Shown here in pieces: positions 1 through 13,040 of a stretch of DNA of 64,000 bases. The number at the start of each line of letters is the position of its first letter. Position 1 is the stretch's first letter. The translations under genes were made by a program, and so were the position numbers. The notes below the pieces were generated by a model. It had not been told where the DNA came from and did no database searches. It saw only the letters and a list, made by a program, of their open reading frames with translations. The DNA is from Felis catus (taxonomy: Eukaryota), in the NCBI RefSeq assembly GCF_018350175.1, contig NC_058368.1, positions 194,124,001 through 194,188,000 of the forward strand, written 5' to 3'.

Positions 1-1
1 A

Positions 2-334
2 TCTTCTGCACGACATATCATAGTGAAACTGGCAAAATACAAGGATAAAGAGAAAATTCTGAAAGAAGCTAGAGATAAATGTGCTCTAACATATAAAGAG
101 AGACCTATAAGACTCATGACCGATCTCTCTACTGAAACATGGCAGGCCAGAAAGGAATGGCAGGAGATCTTCAATGTTATGAACAAAAAAAATATGCACC
201 CGAGAATCCTTTATCCAGCAGGTCTCTCATTTAGAATAGAAGGAGAGATAAAGGTCTTCCCAAACAAACAAAAACTGAAGGAATTTGTCACCACTAAACC
301 AACCCTACAAGAGATCCTAAGGGGGATCCTGTGA
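2..334 (+). pseudogene. L1 ORF1p C-terminal portion (RRM end/CTD), open to TGA at 332-334
   Basis: SARHIIVKLAKYKDKEKILK...PRILYPA.LSF..EGEIKVF...LKEFVTTKP.LQEIL is the conserved ORF1p C-terminus. Confidence 0.93.
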
Positions 335-384
335 GACAAAGTACCAGAGATATCACTACAAGCAGGAAACCTACGGACATCACA

Positions 385-3300
385 ATGACTCTAAACCCAT
401 ATCTTTCAATAATAACACTGAATGTAAATGGACTAAATGCGTCAACCAAAAGACATAGGGTATCAGAATGGATAAAAAAAACAAGACCCATCTATTTGCT
501 GTCGACAAGAGACTCATTTTAGACCTGAGGACACCTTCAGATTGAGAGTGAGGGGATGGAGAACTATTTATCATGCTACTGGAGGTCAAAAGAAAGCTGG
601 AGTAGCCGTACTTATATCAGACAAACTAGACTTTAAATTAAAGGCTGTAACAAGAGATGAAGAAGGGCATTATATAATAATCAAGGGTCTATCCATCAGG
701 AAGAGCTAACAATTATAAATGTCTATGTGCTGAATACGGGAGCCCCCAAATATATGAAACAATTACTCACAAACATAAGCAACCTTATTGATAAGAATGT
801 GGTAAGAAATTGATAAGTATTGATAAGAAAGTGGACTTTAACACTCCACTTACAGAAATGGATAGATCATCTAGACACACGGTCAATAAAGAAACAAGGG
901 CCCTGAATGATACATTGGATCAGAGGTCTTGACAGATATATTTAGAACTCTGCATCCCAAAGCAACAGAATATGCTTTCTTCTCGAGTGCAAATGGAACA
1001 TTCTCCAAGATAAATCACATACTGTGTCACAAAACAGCCCTTCATAAGTATACAAGAATTGAAATCATACCATGCATACTTTCAGACCACAATGCTATGA
1101 AACTTGAAATCAACCACAGGAAAAAGTCTGGAAAACCTCCAAAAGCATGGAGGTTAAAGACACCCTACTAAAGAATGAATGGGTCAACCAGGCAATTAGA
1201 GAAGAAATTTAAAAATATATGGAAACAAACGAAAATGAGAATACAACAATCCAAACGCTTTGGGATGCAGCGAAGGCAGTCCTGAGAGAAAAATACATTG
1301 CAATCCAGGCCTATCTCAAGAAACAAGAAAAATCCCAAATACAAAATCTAACAGCACACCTAAAGGAAATAGAAGCAGAACAGCAAAGGCAGCCTAAACC
1401 CAGCAGAAGAAGAGAAATAATAAAGATCAGAGCAGAAATAAACAATATAGGATCTAAAAAAAGTGTGGAGCAGATCAACGAAAGCAAGAGTTGGTTTTTT
1501 GAAAAAATAAACAAAATTGATAAACCTCTAGCCAGGCTTCTCAAAAAAAAAGAAATGACCCAAATAGATAAAACCATGAATGAAAATGGAATTATTACAG
1601 CCAATCCCTCAGAGATGCAAGTAATTATCAGGGAATACTATGAAAACCTTTATGCCAACAAACTGGACACCCTGGAAGAAATGGACAAATTCCTAAACAC
1701 CTACACGCTTCCAAAACTCAATCAGGAGGAAATAGAGCGCTTGAACAGACCCATAACCAGTGAAGAAATTGAATCAGTCATCAAAAATCTCCCAACAAAT
1801 AAGAGTCCAGGACCAGGTAGCTTCCCAGGGGAGTTCTACCAGACGTTTAAAGCAGAGATAATACCTATCCTTCTCAAGCTATTCCAAAAAATAGAAAGGG
1901 AAGGAAAACTTCCAGACTCATTCTATGAAGCCAGTATTACTTTGATTCCTAAACCAGACAGAGACCCAGTAAAAAAAAGAGAACTATAGGCCAATATCCC
2001 TGATGAATATGGATGCAAAAATTCTCAATAAGATACTAGCAAATCAAATTAGCATATAACATGAATTATTCACCATGATCAGGTGGGATTCATTCCTGGC
2101 ATGCAGGGCTGGTTCAACATTCGCAAATCAATCAATGTGATACATCACATTAATAAAAGAAAAGATAAGAACAATATGATCCTGTCAATTAATGCAGAAA
2201 AGGCCTTTGACAAAATTCAGCAACCTGTCTTAATAAAAACCCTCAAGAAAGTCGGGATAGAAGGAACATACTTAAAGATCATAAAAGCCATTTATGAAAC
2301 GCCCACAGCTAACATCATCCTCAATGGGGAAAAACTGAGAGCTTTTTCCCTGAGATCAGAAACACGACAGGGATGTCCACTCTCACCGCTGTTGTTTTAC
2401 ATAGTGTTGGAAGTTCTAGCATCAGCAATCAGACAACAAAAGGAAATCAAAGGCATCAAAATTGGCAAAGATGAAGTTAAGCTTTCACTTTTTGCAGATG
2501 ACATGATATTATACATGGAAAACCTTATAGACTCCACTCAAAGTCTGCTAGAACTGATACGTGAATTTAGGAAAGTTGCAGGATACAAAATCAATGTACA
2601 GAAATCAGTTGCATTCTTATGCATGAATAATGAAGCAACAGAAAGACAAATAAAGAAACTGATCCCTTTCACAATTGCACCAAGAAGCATAAAATACCTA
2701 GGAATAAATCTAACCAAAGATGTAAAAGATCTGTATGCTGAAAACTATAGGAAGCTTATGAAGGAAATTGAAGAAGATATAATGAAATGGAAAGACATTC
2801 CCTGCTCATGGATTGGAAGAATAAATATTGTCAAAATGTCAATACTACCCCAAACTATCTACACATTCAATGCAATCCCAATCAAAATTGCACCTGCATT
2901 CTTCTCGAAACTAGAACAAGCAATCCTAAAATCCATATGGAACCACAAAAGGCCCCGAATAGCCAAAGGAATTTTGAAGAAGAAGACCAAAGCAGGAGGC
3001 ATCACAATCCCAGACTTTAGCCTCTACTACAAAGCTGTCATCATCAAGACAACATGGTATTGGCACAAAAACAGACACATAGACCAATGGAATAGAATAG
3101 AAACCCCAGAACTAGACCCACAAACGTATGGCCAACTCATCTTTGACAAAGCAGGAAAGAACATCCAATGGAAAAAAGACAGCCTCTTTAACAAATGGTG
3201 CTGGGAGAATTGGACAGCAACATGCAGAAGATTGAAACTAGACCACTTTCTCACACCATTCACAAAAATAAACTCAAAATGGATAAAGGACCTGAATGTG

Positions 3301-4219
3301 AGACAGGAAACCGTCAAAACCCTAGAGGAGAAAGCAGGAAAAGAACTCTCTGACCTCAGCCGTAGCAATCTCTTACTCGACACATCCCCAAAGGCAAGGG
3401 AATTAAAAGCAAAAATGAATTACTGGGACCTTATGAAGATAAAAAGCTTCTGTACAGCAAAGGAAACAACCAACAAAACTAAAAGGCAACCAACGGAATG
3501 GGAAAAGATATTTGCAAATGACATATCAGACAAAGGGCTAGTATCCAAAATCTATAAAGAGCTCACCAAACTCCACACCTAAAAAACAAATAACCCACTG
3601 AAGAAATGGGCAGAAAACATGAATAGACACTTCTCTAAAGAAGACATCCGGATGGCCAACAGGCACATGAAAAGATGTTCAACGTCACTCCTTATCAGGG
3701 AAATACAAATCAAAACCACACTCAGATAGCACCTCACGCCCGTCAGAGTGGCCAAAATGAACAAATCAGGAGACTATAGATGCTGGAGAGGATGTGGAGA
3801 AACGGGAACCCTCTTGTACTGTTGGTGGGAATGCAAATTGGTGCAGCCACTCTGGAAAACAGTGTGGAGGTTCCTCAAAAAATTAAAAATAGACCTACCC
3901 TCTGACCCAGCAATAGCACTGCTAGGAATTTATCCAAGGGATACAGGAGTACTGATGCATAGGGGCACTTGTACCCCAATGTTTATAGCAGCACTCTCAA
4001 CAATAGCCAAATTATGGAAAGAGCCTAAATGTCCATCAACTGATGAATGGATAAAGAAATTGTGGTTTATATACACAATGGAATACTACGTGGCAATGAG
4101 AAAGAATGAAATATGGCCTTTTGTAGCAACGTGATGAACTGGAGAGTGTGATGCTAAGTGAAATAAGCCATACAGAGAAAGACAGATACCATATGGTTTC
4201 ACTCTTATGTGGATCCTGA
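385..4219 (+). pseudogene. L1 ORF2p (endonuclease/reverse transcriptase/Cys-rich domain), inactivated
   Basis: ATG at 385 (MTLNPYLSIITLNVNGLN), EN SDH motif ~1082-1090, RT FADD 2491-2502. Lesions: apparent +1 A at 474-481, frameshifts near 1160, 1975, 2050 and 4132, and stops at 1210, 3580 and 3727. The CCHC His is changed to Tyr (3817-3819; the copy at ~14840 keeps LSHCWWEC). Confidence 0.95.
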
Positions 4220-4456
4220 GAAACTTAACAGAAACCCATGGGGGAGGGGAAGGAAAAAAAAAAAAAAAGAAAGAGGTTAGAGTGGGAGAGAGCCAAAGCA
4301 TAGGAGACTGTTAAAAACTGAGAACAAACTGAGGGTTGATGGGTTGTGGGAGGGAGGGGAGGGTGAGTGATGGGTATTGAAGAGGGCACCTTTTGGGATG
4401 AGCACTGGGTGTTATATGGAAACCAATTTGACAATAAATTTCATAATATGAAAAAA

Positions 4457-4487
<31 letters not shown>

Positions 4488-5377
4488 ATGCTAACTTGAA
4501 AAAAAAGAATAAGTATGCTTTGGAGATGACAAAAAAAGAAATAAAGAAAATTAAATAAATAAATTAATTAATTAATTAATTAATTTAATTAAATAACAGA
4601 GTTTAGAAATAAACCCCTGCTCTTACTTAAAAAAGAAACAAAAACAAAAAACAGAATTCTCAATGATCAATAAAACTAAATAAATATGGAAAAAAATCCA
4701 AAAACTTATTTTTGTTAGTAAACAGTTTAGACCCAGCTTTCAAAAGTATGTTACAACTAATCAAGATCTTATAAACTGATGGACTCCAGAATGTGTATAG
4801 TGTTTCTCATTGTAAAATTTTTTTAATGTCTTATAAACTGGAATATCTATATTACTTTATCTAGAATTGCCTTCTTTCCATACAAAATGCTACATAGGAA
4901 ACACAAAAACAATGATAAGTTTTATGGGAAAGCATGCATCAGAAAAAAGAAGAGTCAATTATCTGATTTCAAATGTGAGATGGTGTGGTTTAGCAGAGCC
5001 TTGTGTAGCTAATCTCCATATTAGGAATAAACCTGCCATGGGCACTGAGTACTCCCATGAATGAACCAAAGAATTAATTTCCTGGAGCGCTGCTGCCATT
5101 CTTTGCCAGTAGGGCACCATTTTCCTGTATGTCTATGGCTGATGTCTTCTGGTTGATCATTACCCCTTTAAGTTTATTGATAGTACGGTCACATCTGGTT
5201 TTCAGTGGGGACCCTAAGGTGACTTTTCATACCTCCAATCTCACCTATTTTTCATTGTTTCCTCCTCAGCAGAGCATTATTTATGTCTGGATTGAAAGAG
5301 CTCTTCACAGGGTTCTTCTGTGTATCTTGCTACAATGACAGACCTTCAGAACATGCTTAGGTAATATCCAAAGGGTC

Positions 5378-5530
5378 TTTGTATTCTCAAAGTGTAGTTT
5401 ATGCACTACAATACAGAATATAGGGCTCTACCCACACCCAGTGAGTCAAAATTTATGAAGGTAGACCTGAGGAATCTGCATTTTTCATAAGCACTCTGGA
5501 TGGCTTTGATGCCTGTTGAAAAGTTTGAGC
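5378..5530. mobile_element. MER5-like hAT-Charlie MITE relic
   Basis: Contains ttctcaaagtg ... ggaatctgcattttt ... aagtttgag, matching recalled MER5 motifs. Confidence 0.6.
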
Positions 5531-5899
5531 CTTTGTTTTAAAAGAAGTCATGGTTTTAAAAGGAATGATCTGAGGCATCTGTTAAAAAGTAGCAAGATTC
5601 TCCTATTGCAGAAAGAATGATCAGACTTTCTGAGGTCATCATCAAACCGGTGACACCAGTATAGGCTGCCTTTCTGTATTTAATATAAGCACTTGGTTAT
5701 GTTGATCCTAACCCTTAAGAATCACTGGCAACATATTAGGACAAAGGTTTGCTGTCACAAAATCTGTCATTTCATTTCATCCCCAAACATATAAATATCC
5801 TTAAGTGAATTTATTCTTTAGAGAGATGTTACAATCTTCTTTAAACTCCACAATTTTTTTTAGGAAAATCATTTTGGAATCCTAGACAGACTTCTAGGA

Positions 5900-6125
5900 T
5901 ACAGTCTGAAGTTTGGAGTTAAAACCCTGGCTCTGTAACTGGCATGTCTTCTGTCTGTAAGCAACTAGCTTAGCATCTTTGGGATATAGTCACCTAATTA
6001 GTTAAAACAGGATAAGAACTTTCCTAGTTATTTGACAGGACATTTGGATAATCACAAGAGAGAAACGTTGTTAAGGTACCATAAAGAAATTAAAAAGAAT
6101 TCATAAGAATGTAAGGTATTATTAA
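5900..6125 (+). mobile_element. MIR relic
   Basis: Degenerate MIR core (aaccctggctctg...gcaactagcttagcatcttt...gttaaaacaggataa). Confidence 0.5.
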
Positions 6126-6879
6126 AAACCAATTGTCTGTAGCCATGCTTGTGATAGGTAAAAATTTTTCCCATTCTAGTCTAAGCTAATGGTGATGGGC
6201 TTGAGGAATTTTGAGTTGAAGACAATTTCAAGGCACAGAGATTAGATGTTATAAATAATCACTGGAAGTGAATGTATGTGTCTGAATGTGAAATGACACC
6301 CCCAGAATTTCCCAGGAAGCAAGAGTGACATTTAAGCAATTGAAAACATCAGCGGAACGAATCGACTCACAGAACACAAATTTATGTCAAGCAGGAAATG
6401 GAAGTATGGTGCTGCTTCTGAAAAAGAAGAGAGACTTTACAAGAACGTTAATAACATGTCTATCATGTGGCTTTCTCTACCAAAGGGAGAAAATTTTTTC
6501 CCTATAAATTCCCCCTGGATAGTGTCCTGCTCACTCTTTCTAAAGCACACCTCTGCTTATTGCCAGATGCTTCTTCTTTGATGTCTCCTGTGTCTCCTTC
6601 AAGTTCAGACCCTCTGGTATAGGATTAAAGGCTTCCAAATCTACTCTTATCTCATATTTCCAAACTCAATCCCCCATGGTATTTCTTCACTCACTCTAAT
6701 TGCATCTACACAATGCTTTGTGTCTCCCAGATAAATCTATACTTTTCCAATGTCCACCCTCTACCTATAGTTCCAGCTTCTAATTCTTTCTCATGCACAC
6801 ACCAGTTGGATATCTGCAATCCACAAAAGTCCAAATTAAAATATCTCTGTTCTGAGTTGCAAATCCACCTTAAACTTAT

Positions 6880-7116
6880 AAATAGTTATAATACTGAAAA
6901 GAGCAGGCATTGCATTCACTTAAGATATAGCTGTATCTAGCTGCTCAAATTATGCCATCAGGAATCTGTATGTTTCTACCTCTTGACTCTGATTTCTTTT
7001 GTACTGAATAGATTTTTAATTAAGATCTCCTTTTGAAGTAGCTACAATGGCTTCCAATAGCTCCAAGAATATGCTCTTCTAACTTAAGAACTCTACTAAA
7101 ATGAAAAAACCTATTT

Positions 7117-7155
<39 letters not shown>

Positions 7156-7400
7156 AAGTCTTGGGTAGGGCTCTCATGGCTACCACTAGGTCATGAACCC
7201 ATCTCTGAGGTAATGAATATACATGGCTAGGGAATGTGGTACTCCAATCAATTGGGCAAGGTCATATGCAGACCTTGTTCTTTGGGGTGGGTTTAGTTCC
7301 ACCTGTGCTATAGGGACTGAGAATGATGTTTGACTTCTGAAAAGAAGAGGGATGTCACCAACAGAAGAAAAGGGAATGGATGCTGGGATGCGTAGATGTG
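6880..7400. mobile_element. Old MaLR LTR (MLT1J/K-like) containing a (GT)n tract at ~7119-7151
   Basis: Motifs such as ctaggtcatgaacccatctctga and gggaatggatgctggg resemble MLT1 consensus. Confidence 0.5.
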
Positions 7401-8149
7401 AGATTTTCCTTCAACTATTTCTTCTAGCTGAAAGTAATATCTTATCCTATTAAAACTGTTATAGCACTCAACAATGATCTATCCTGCATTACAGTTATCT
7501 TGCACACATATCATTTCTTTAGTAACCTTTAAGATCCTGTAGACTAAGTAGATGTTTGTACTCATTCTATCTTACACATTGCCTTGCCAGATGCTTTGTT
7601 CTGCTTTGTTTATTTTCTACTCTCTATGGAATTAAAAACAGGGCACTTAACCTCCTTGGACCTATTTCTTCAAAAAGGCATTGTAATACATCATTTCTAA
7701 ACTCCCTTATAGTGTCAAAATTATTTGATTGTACTATGTAATCAAATGGTTTAGTGAATGACTGGCTATAGCACAGAGGAAATGTAAAAGCTGTCATACC
7801 TTGGATTTGCTTGGAAATGCTACAGGAATGTCAATTACTGACTGAGTTAAACACCCAAAACCAGTAACCCAGAATGCTCAATTTAAAGATGATCTGATTG
7901 AGTATTTTTTTCTCACTCTGGTTTTTACACATACAATGCATAGTATTAGGAATCGTTTTCCAGTCTGCTACTTTCACATTGGAGGAAGCAAAGGTTCAAT
8001 GTTGCATGGAAAGGAAGTGAATCAGAGCTTGTTTTGTTAGCTCATGTGAGATGAAGAGCCTTAACACAATTGGGTTACTAAACACAGAGAATCTGAGAAA
8101 ACATAAAGATGAGAGATGTAAATAATCAGAAATGAATAAATTATATTAT

Positions 8150-8405
8150 AATGAATGCTACCATTAAGTGAGCACGTGTGAAATGTTTGGCACTATACTG
8201 AATCACTATGTGCTTTACCTCATTTCATTTTACAATGAATCCTATAACCTGTGTCTTTTATTCCCATTTTACAAAAGGAAAAACAAGAATTAAGGCTCAG
8301 AAATTAAATGGCTTGCCAGAAGTAACTAAGCAACAAAGGGATGGTCTTAATCCCAAGTGTTTCTGTTTTGAATCCAGAGCCCAAACATTCAAATCACCGT
8401 ACTCT
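8150..8405 (-). mobile_element. MIR relic
   Basis: cccattttacaaaaggaaaaa...aggctcagaaattaaatggcttgcc, the antisense MIR core. Confidence 0.7.
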
Positions 8406-10076
8406 ATTGTGTTCAGTGATATCCTGCATCAATATGTTTTATTTCTTTCCATAGGTTTCGAAACATAAGTGTTTTTCCCCATTTTGCTCAGGTCAGAAAA
8501 AAATCACCTTTTGCCACTTAACTATTTTATCTTTGAGGGCTCAGATGGATGTTAATAATTTTTGTGGCTTGTTGAGGGATATAATATAACCACATGGCCA
8601 GTGAGCCTGTCTCTGTATGGCACTAGTGGGTTTTACAGAATCCTAGAATTTCATGGATGCCAGAAATTTTATCATCCATCTGGCACCACTCCCCTCTTAA
8701 CATGATGCTTTGCTCTCATTTTAACACAGTAATGGAAGTTAAAATCAGTATGTGACACAACCTGACCCTGGTACCCAAAGACAAGGGGACTGCTTGCCTG
8801 GAGGTAGTAAGGTAGGCTGTGTTTGGGTCTATATGTTGCAGAAGGAAGACGATCTTATTTGAAAAGCCAGAGCGTCTGGATTTGCAATGGCTCTTCCATA
8901 GAATAGAGGGCATAGACAGGGCCCTGTCCTAATACCTGGTACCACACACTTCTGTGAGTAGGTTATTACACTGATGGCTATAAAAGCAAATCAGGGGACT
9001 AGCTAGGTACATATATGTGAGAGCATTGTGTGTGTGTGTGTGGGGTACACATTGAAATAAGAGCATCATCAATCAAGCTATAGTAGCCAAATTATAGGGG
9101 AAACTGAGATTGTTCATAGGAATGAAGGAGTAGACACACTCAAGGTATTCAATACAAATTTTGCTAAACCATGAACTAACCATAGTAGATCATTTAAAGT
9201 GGTTTCTTCATCAATCTTGCTATGACTTTCATTCTTTCTTTTTTTGCTATGACTTTCTTGAAGCAAATCTAGATTTCTCTGTGATGACCACAGATTGTAT
9301 GAAACATGGCATGAATAATTGGAATAAATAGTTAGAGTCTAACCTGAAACCAGAGTTCACCTCTATTCCCTGTTCTCATCTCCATCTCTTTGAGCAGATT
9401 TCTTGAGCCTCCGAGCAGTTTCCCAACATGTTCCACATCAGCTTCTCTGGTATGTGCAAGAGGAAGGGAAAATCCATTGACTTTTTCTTGTGGCCCTGGT
9501 AGGCCCATGTGTAGTCAAGCTGCCTCTGTGCCTTTCTGGACATCCCAGACATGTCTCACCTGATCCCTCAGCTTCCCAACCAGCTACTCCCTGTGGTCTC
9601 TGGTATCTCTGCTTCTTCAAATCTGAGAAAACAGAAGGAAGACCTTGACCTTTTTATATTTAAAATTCTGGCGTGGTAGAAAAAATAAACATAATGGGAC
9701 AAAGCATCTCATCATGTAGATTCTCCTTATATTTGCCCCAAATCCATTGCTGCTGGTTCTTATTAAAGCTGACAGAAAAATATGCAGATTCAGTTACTAT
9801 TTGACAATGCCATCTTCAGCTGGCCTGGTCAAGTCAGCTATCAGTTCATTAGCCAGGAATTAGACTGTCTTTACAAAGTGGTTCTTGATTTACTAGTGCT
9901 AAGTGGCATGATTGATTTACAAGTATTAATGATTTGCCATTTTTATCAAAGGGTCACTGGAGAAGGCCATACTCTTGAGGATATCTAAGTCCTACAGATC
10001 CTAGTGGCCAGTTTATTGCATGAATATTTAACTCCAGCTTAGTTACTTTATCTTCTTAATTTTAAGGAACTGTTAT

Positions 10077-10297
10077 CTAGGAAATATTTTTTTTTATTGC
10101 TTATTTATTTTGAGAGAGACAGAGCACAAGTCGGGGAGGAGCAGAGACAGGGAGACACAGAATCTGAAGCAGGTTCCAGGCTCTGAGCTGCCAGCACAGA
10201 GCCCAACACAGGGCTCGAACCCACGAACCCACAAATCATGAGATCACGACCTGAGCTGAAATCCAATGCTTAACCAACTGAGCCACCCAAGCGCCCC
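10077..10297 (-). mobile_element. CanSINE (older SINEC_Fc-type)
   Basis: tRNA-derived head, (GA)n and T-rich tail. TSD taaggaact(g/a)ttat at 10063-10076 / 10298-10311. Confidence 0.95.
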
Positions 10298-10322
10298 TAA
10301 GGAACTATTATTTTAATAACTA

Positions 10323-10539
10323 TTTTTTTTTCAACGTTTTTTTTATTTATTTTTGGGACAGAGAGAGACAGAGCATGAACGGGGGAGGGGCAGAGAGAGA
10401 GGGAGACACAGAATCGGAAACAGGCTCCAGGCTCTGAGCCATCAGCCCAGAGCCCGACGCGGGGCTCGAACTCACGGACCGCCAGATCGTGACCTGGCTG
10501 AAGTCGGACGCTTAACCGACTACGCCACCCAGGCGCCCC
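10323..10539 (-). mobile_element. Young CanSINE (SINEC_Fc), CpG-rich
   Basis: Perfect 23-bp TSD aggaactattattttaataacta at 10300-10322 / 10540-10562. Confidence 0.97.
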
Positions 10540-10737
10540 AGGAACTATTATTTTAATAACTAGTCAAGAACTATTTTGCTTGAAAAGGGAGAGTATTATA
10601 TGTATGACATATAAAAATAATATGCAATATTATAATTATAATGTAATCATATTAATATATATGTGTAATAATTATATTACATATTACATGTAATACTACT
10701 TATATATTATATAATATATTGCAATGTTTATACTTTA

Positions 10738-10910
10738 TTTTTGTAATATGACATTTATTGTCAAATTGTCTTCCATACAACACCCAGTGCTCATCCCAAA
10801 AGGTGCCCTCCTCAATACCCATCACCCACCCCCTTCCCTCCCACTCCCCATCAACCCTCAGTTTGTTCTCAGTTTTTAAGAGTCTCTTATGCTTTGGCTC
10901 TCTCCCTCTA
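10738..10910 (-). mobile_element. 5'-truncated L1_Fc-like 3'UTR fragment
   Basis: Reverse complement of ~4280-4450. TSD caatgtttata(c/t)ttta at 10722-10737 / 10911-10926. Confidence 0.93.
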
Positions 10911-11477
10911 CAATGTTTATATTTTATATAGCTAAAGTATATTATACATTTTATATATTGAATATTAGTTTTCTAGATAATGTGCATATATCAGTCAGAG
11001 ATAGATAAGTGATAAGACACATCCTAGTTTAACTAATACAGAACATAGAGTAACCAAGTCTAAATCATATATATCCATACATATGGTACTTATGTTTCCT
11101 CTCCATTCTTTTCACTAGGATATAGTCAGTACATGGAGCTAACAGGAAGTTGGCTTCTAAAGATGTTTCTCAATTAATAAGAAATGATGATCTCTGAGTA
11201 TCCCAGATGCAGCCTAGGTGCCCTAGGTTTAACTTCATCCTTTCAATGTGCTGTAACGGTATTATGACTCTGATTGTAATGAAGAGAAATTATGTCCAAA
11301 TAATGACACCATACTCAATCTGAAAAAAAAATGAGCTGTCCCAAGCAAGATTAATCTGCATTTCTATAAAAGTGGCAAGCAGAAAAATTTGATAATGTGT
11401 CTCAAAAATACCCAGAAAATAAGATGATGTATACTATGAGGACCATGCGGTATGGATATAAAGGTATTTGCTGATTT

Positions 11478-11950
11478 ATTCATTCATTCCCTTAGCAAAT
11501 ACTGATAGGACAGTATGTTTTGTGCCATGCATTGTGCTGAGCTCTTAAGACATGGCAATAAACAATTAAAAAAAAACTTCTTTATATCTTTACCAAGCTG
11601 ACAACTTAATAGGAGAGGCAATCAATGCAATTAATCAATTAAACCATTAATTACAGAATATGACAAGTGCAAAGAGGGAAATAAACAGGGCTATAAAAGA
11701 TGCAATTAAGGTGGGACTAAAGGCTTAGGAGCCAGTCATGAATAGAGCTGGGGGAAAATATTCTAGGAAACAAGGGGAAAAAACAGCCAGTTTAAAGACC
11801 TTAAATAAAAACCTAATAATAAGCAAATGTAGCCAGAAGGCAGAGGAGGATGGAGAGCATTAGGGAAGGCACTTGGAGAGGTAAGTAGGGTCAGGTCACA
11901 CAGGGTCTTAGAGACCACTTTATGATAAATAAATTTTAGTCTAAGTTCAA
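11478..11950 (-). mobile_element. L2 3' relic
   Basis: attcattcattc...caaatactga...tgtgccatgcattgtgctga, the antisense L2 3' terminus. Confidence 0.6.
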
Positions 11951-12359
11951 AAAGCTCTTTTTGTATAATTCTTGTGCTGATTCTTTTTGTTTTCTTTGTT
12001 TTCTTTGGCTGAATGATTTAGTACAATGTTGAGAAGTAGAAATAGAGGCCATCCTTGTCTTTTTATTAACCTTTATGGAATGTTTCCAAAGAATAGTCAT
12101 TAAATATATGTCCTAGTTTTCTCATAGATATCCTTTGTCAGGTTAAAAAAATTACCATCTATATTTAAATGTTAATTTTCTTCATAAAATATGTTAGACT
12201 CTATTGAATGCTTATTCTGCATCTATTGAAATGATCACATGCCTTGTTCTCCTTATCTTTTAAAGTGGTATGTGTCTTAGTAGACTTTCTGATTTTTAAC
12301 AGTCTTTCCATTCCTGAGATAATCCCTATTTATGTAGGGATATATTATGATATTATGTA

Positions 12360-12367
12360 TGCATATA

Positions 12368-12399
<32 letters not shown>

Positions 12400-12405
12400 C
12401 ACATA

Positions 12406-12481
<76 letters not shown>

Positions 12482-12560
12482 GATAGAGAGAATGGTATAT
12501 ATACATATATATATGAGTATGGTATATATATATTTAGAGTATGGTATATATACATATGTA
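12360..12560. repeat. Compound microsatellite (TG)n(TA)n(GA)n
   Basis: Directly visible. Confidence 0.97.
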
Positions 12561-12871
12561 TATTTAAATGCTGCTAAATTCAATTTGCTATTATTTCTTT
12601 AGCTTTTGTGACCTGGGTTCCTAGCAGATATTGATCATTAATGTTCTTTTACTATGCTGTTCGTAAGAGTTGACAGGACATCTGTGCAGGTTTATGATCT
12701 GCTGTGGAGGGACATGACTATACACACTCAGTTTCTATTTGCTTACTTGTTCATATAGGCTTTGGTTATCTAGTTTTCTAGAAAATAATCTAGGTTTTCA
12801 ATTTCTTTGATAACTTTTTTTCAAAATTATTGATAAAGTTATTAACAATTTTTTAAAGATTCTGCTTTAGC

Positions 12872-13040
12872 TAGTAGTATGATGGTAAACTACATCTCTA
12901 AAATTAATACCAGCTTGTAGCTTTTACCAATTTTTGGTGTAAGTACCATGATAGATTTCAAGCTATCAGTATGGCATAAATGAACAGGAAACTGGCACAT
13001 AATCAGCTCTCTGCTATGCACAGCTCTAACATACCTGCCA
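12872..13040. mobile_element. Possible hAT-Tip100-type MITE relic (Arthur1/MER69-like)
   Basis: Ends resemble the recalled cagtggtgtgctgg...aatcggctctc...ccagcacaccactg termini, but are very diverged. Confidence 0.35.

Larger units (their letters stand above)
1..4489 (+). mobile_element. Young felid LINE-1 (L1_Fc-like): 3' part of ORF1, 50-bp spacer, disrupted ORF2, 3'UTR and (TAAA)n tail; 5' end lies outside the window
   Basis: Translations are typical L1 ORF1/ORF2. G-rich 3'UTR at ~4340-4375. A-rich/(TAAA)n tail at 4451-4489. Confidence 0.98.

Noticed and set aside
2083..3582. 499-aa reverse transcriptase ORF as an active or domesticated RT gene or novel RT system
   Set aside because: It is the longest surviving stretch of a standard L1 ORF2, bounded by a frameshift and a premature stop, with no true start codon.
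5270..5360. Plus-strand exon candidate (cctcctcag ... tag|gtaata); similar candidates at 8454-8490 and 17991-18088
   Set aside because: The 5270 and 17991 candidates have stops in all three frames, and 8454 has no supporting partner exon. Such pseudo-exons are common.
10353..10556. Recurrent similar ORFs (e.g. MAQSVK..TSAQVMIS.., ..ERQSMNGGGAERE..) suggesting a gene family
   Set aside because: All are read-throughs of CanSINE copies.
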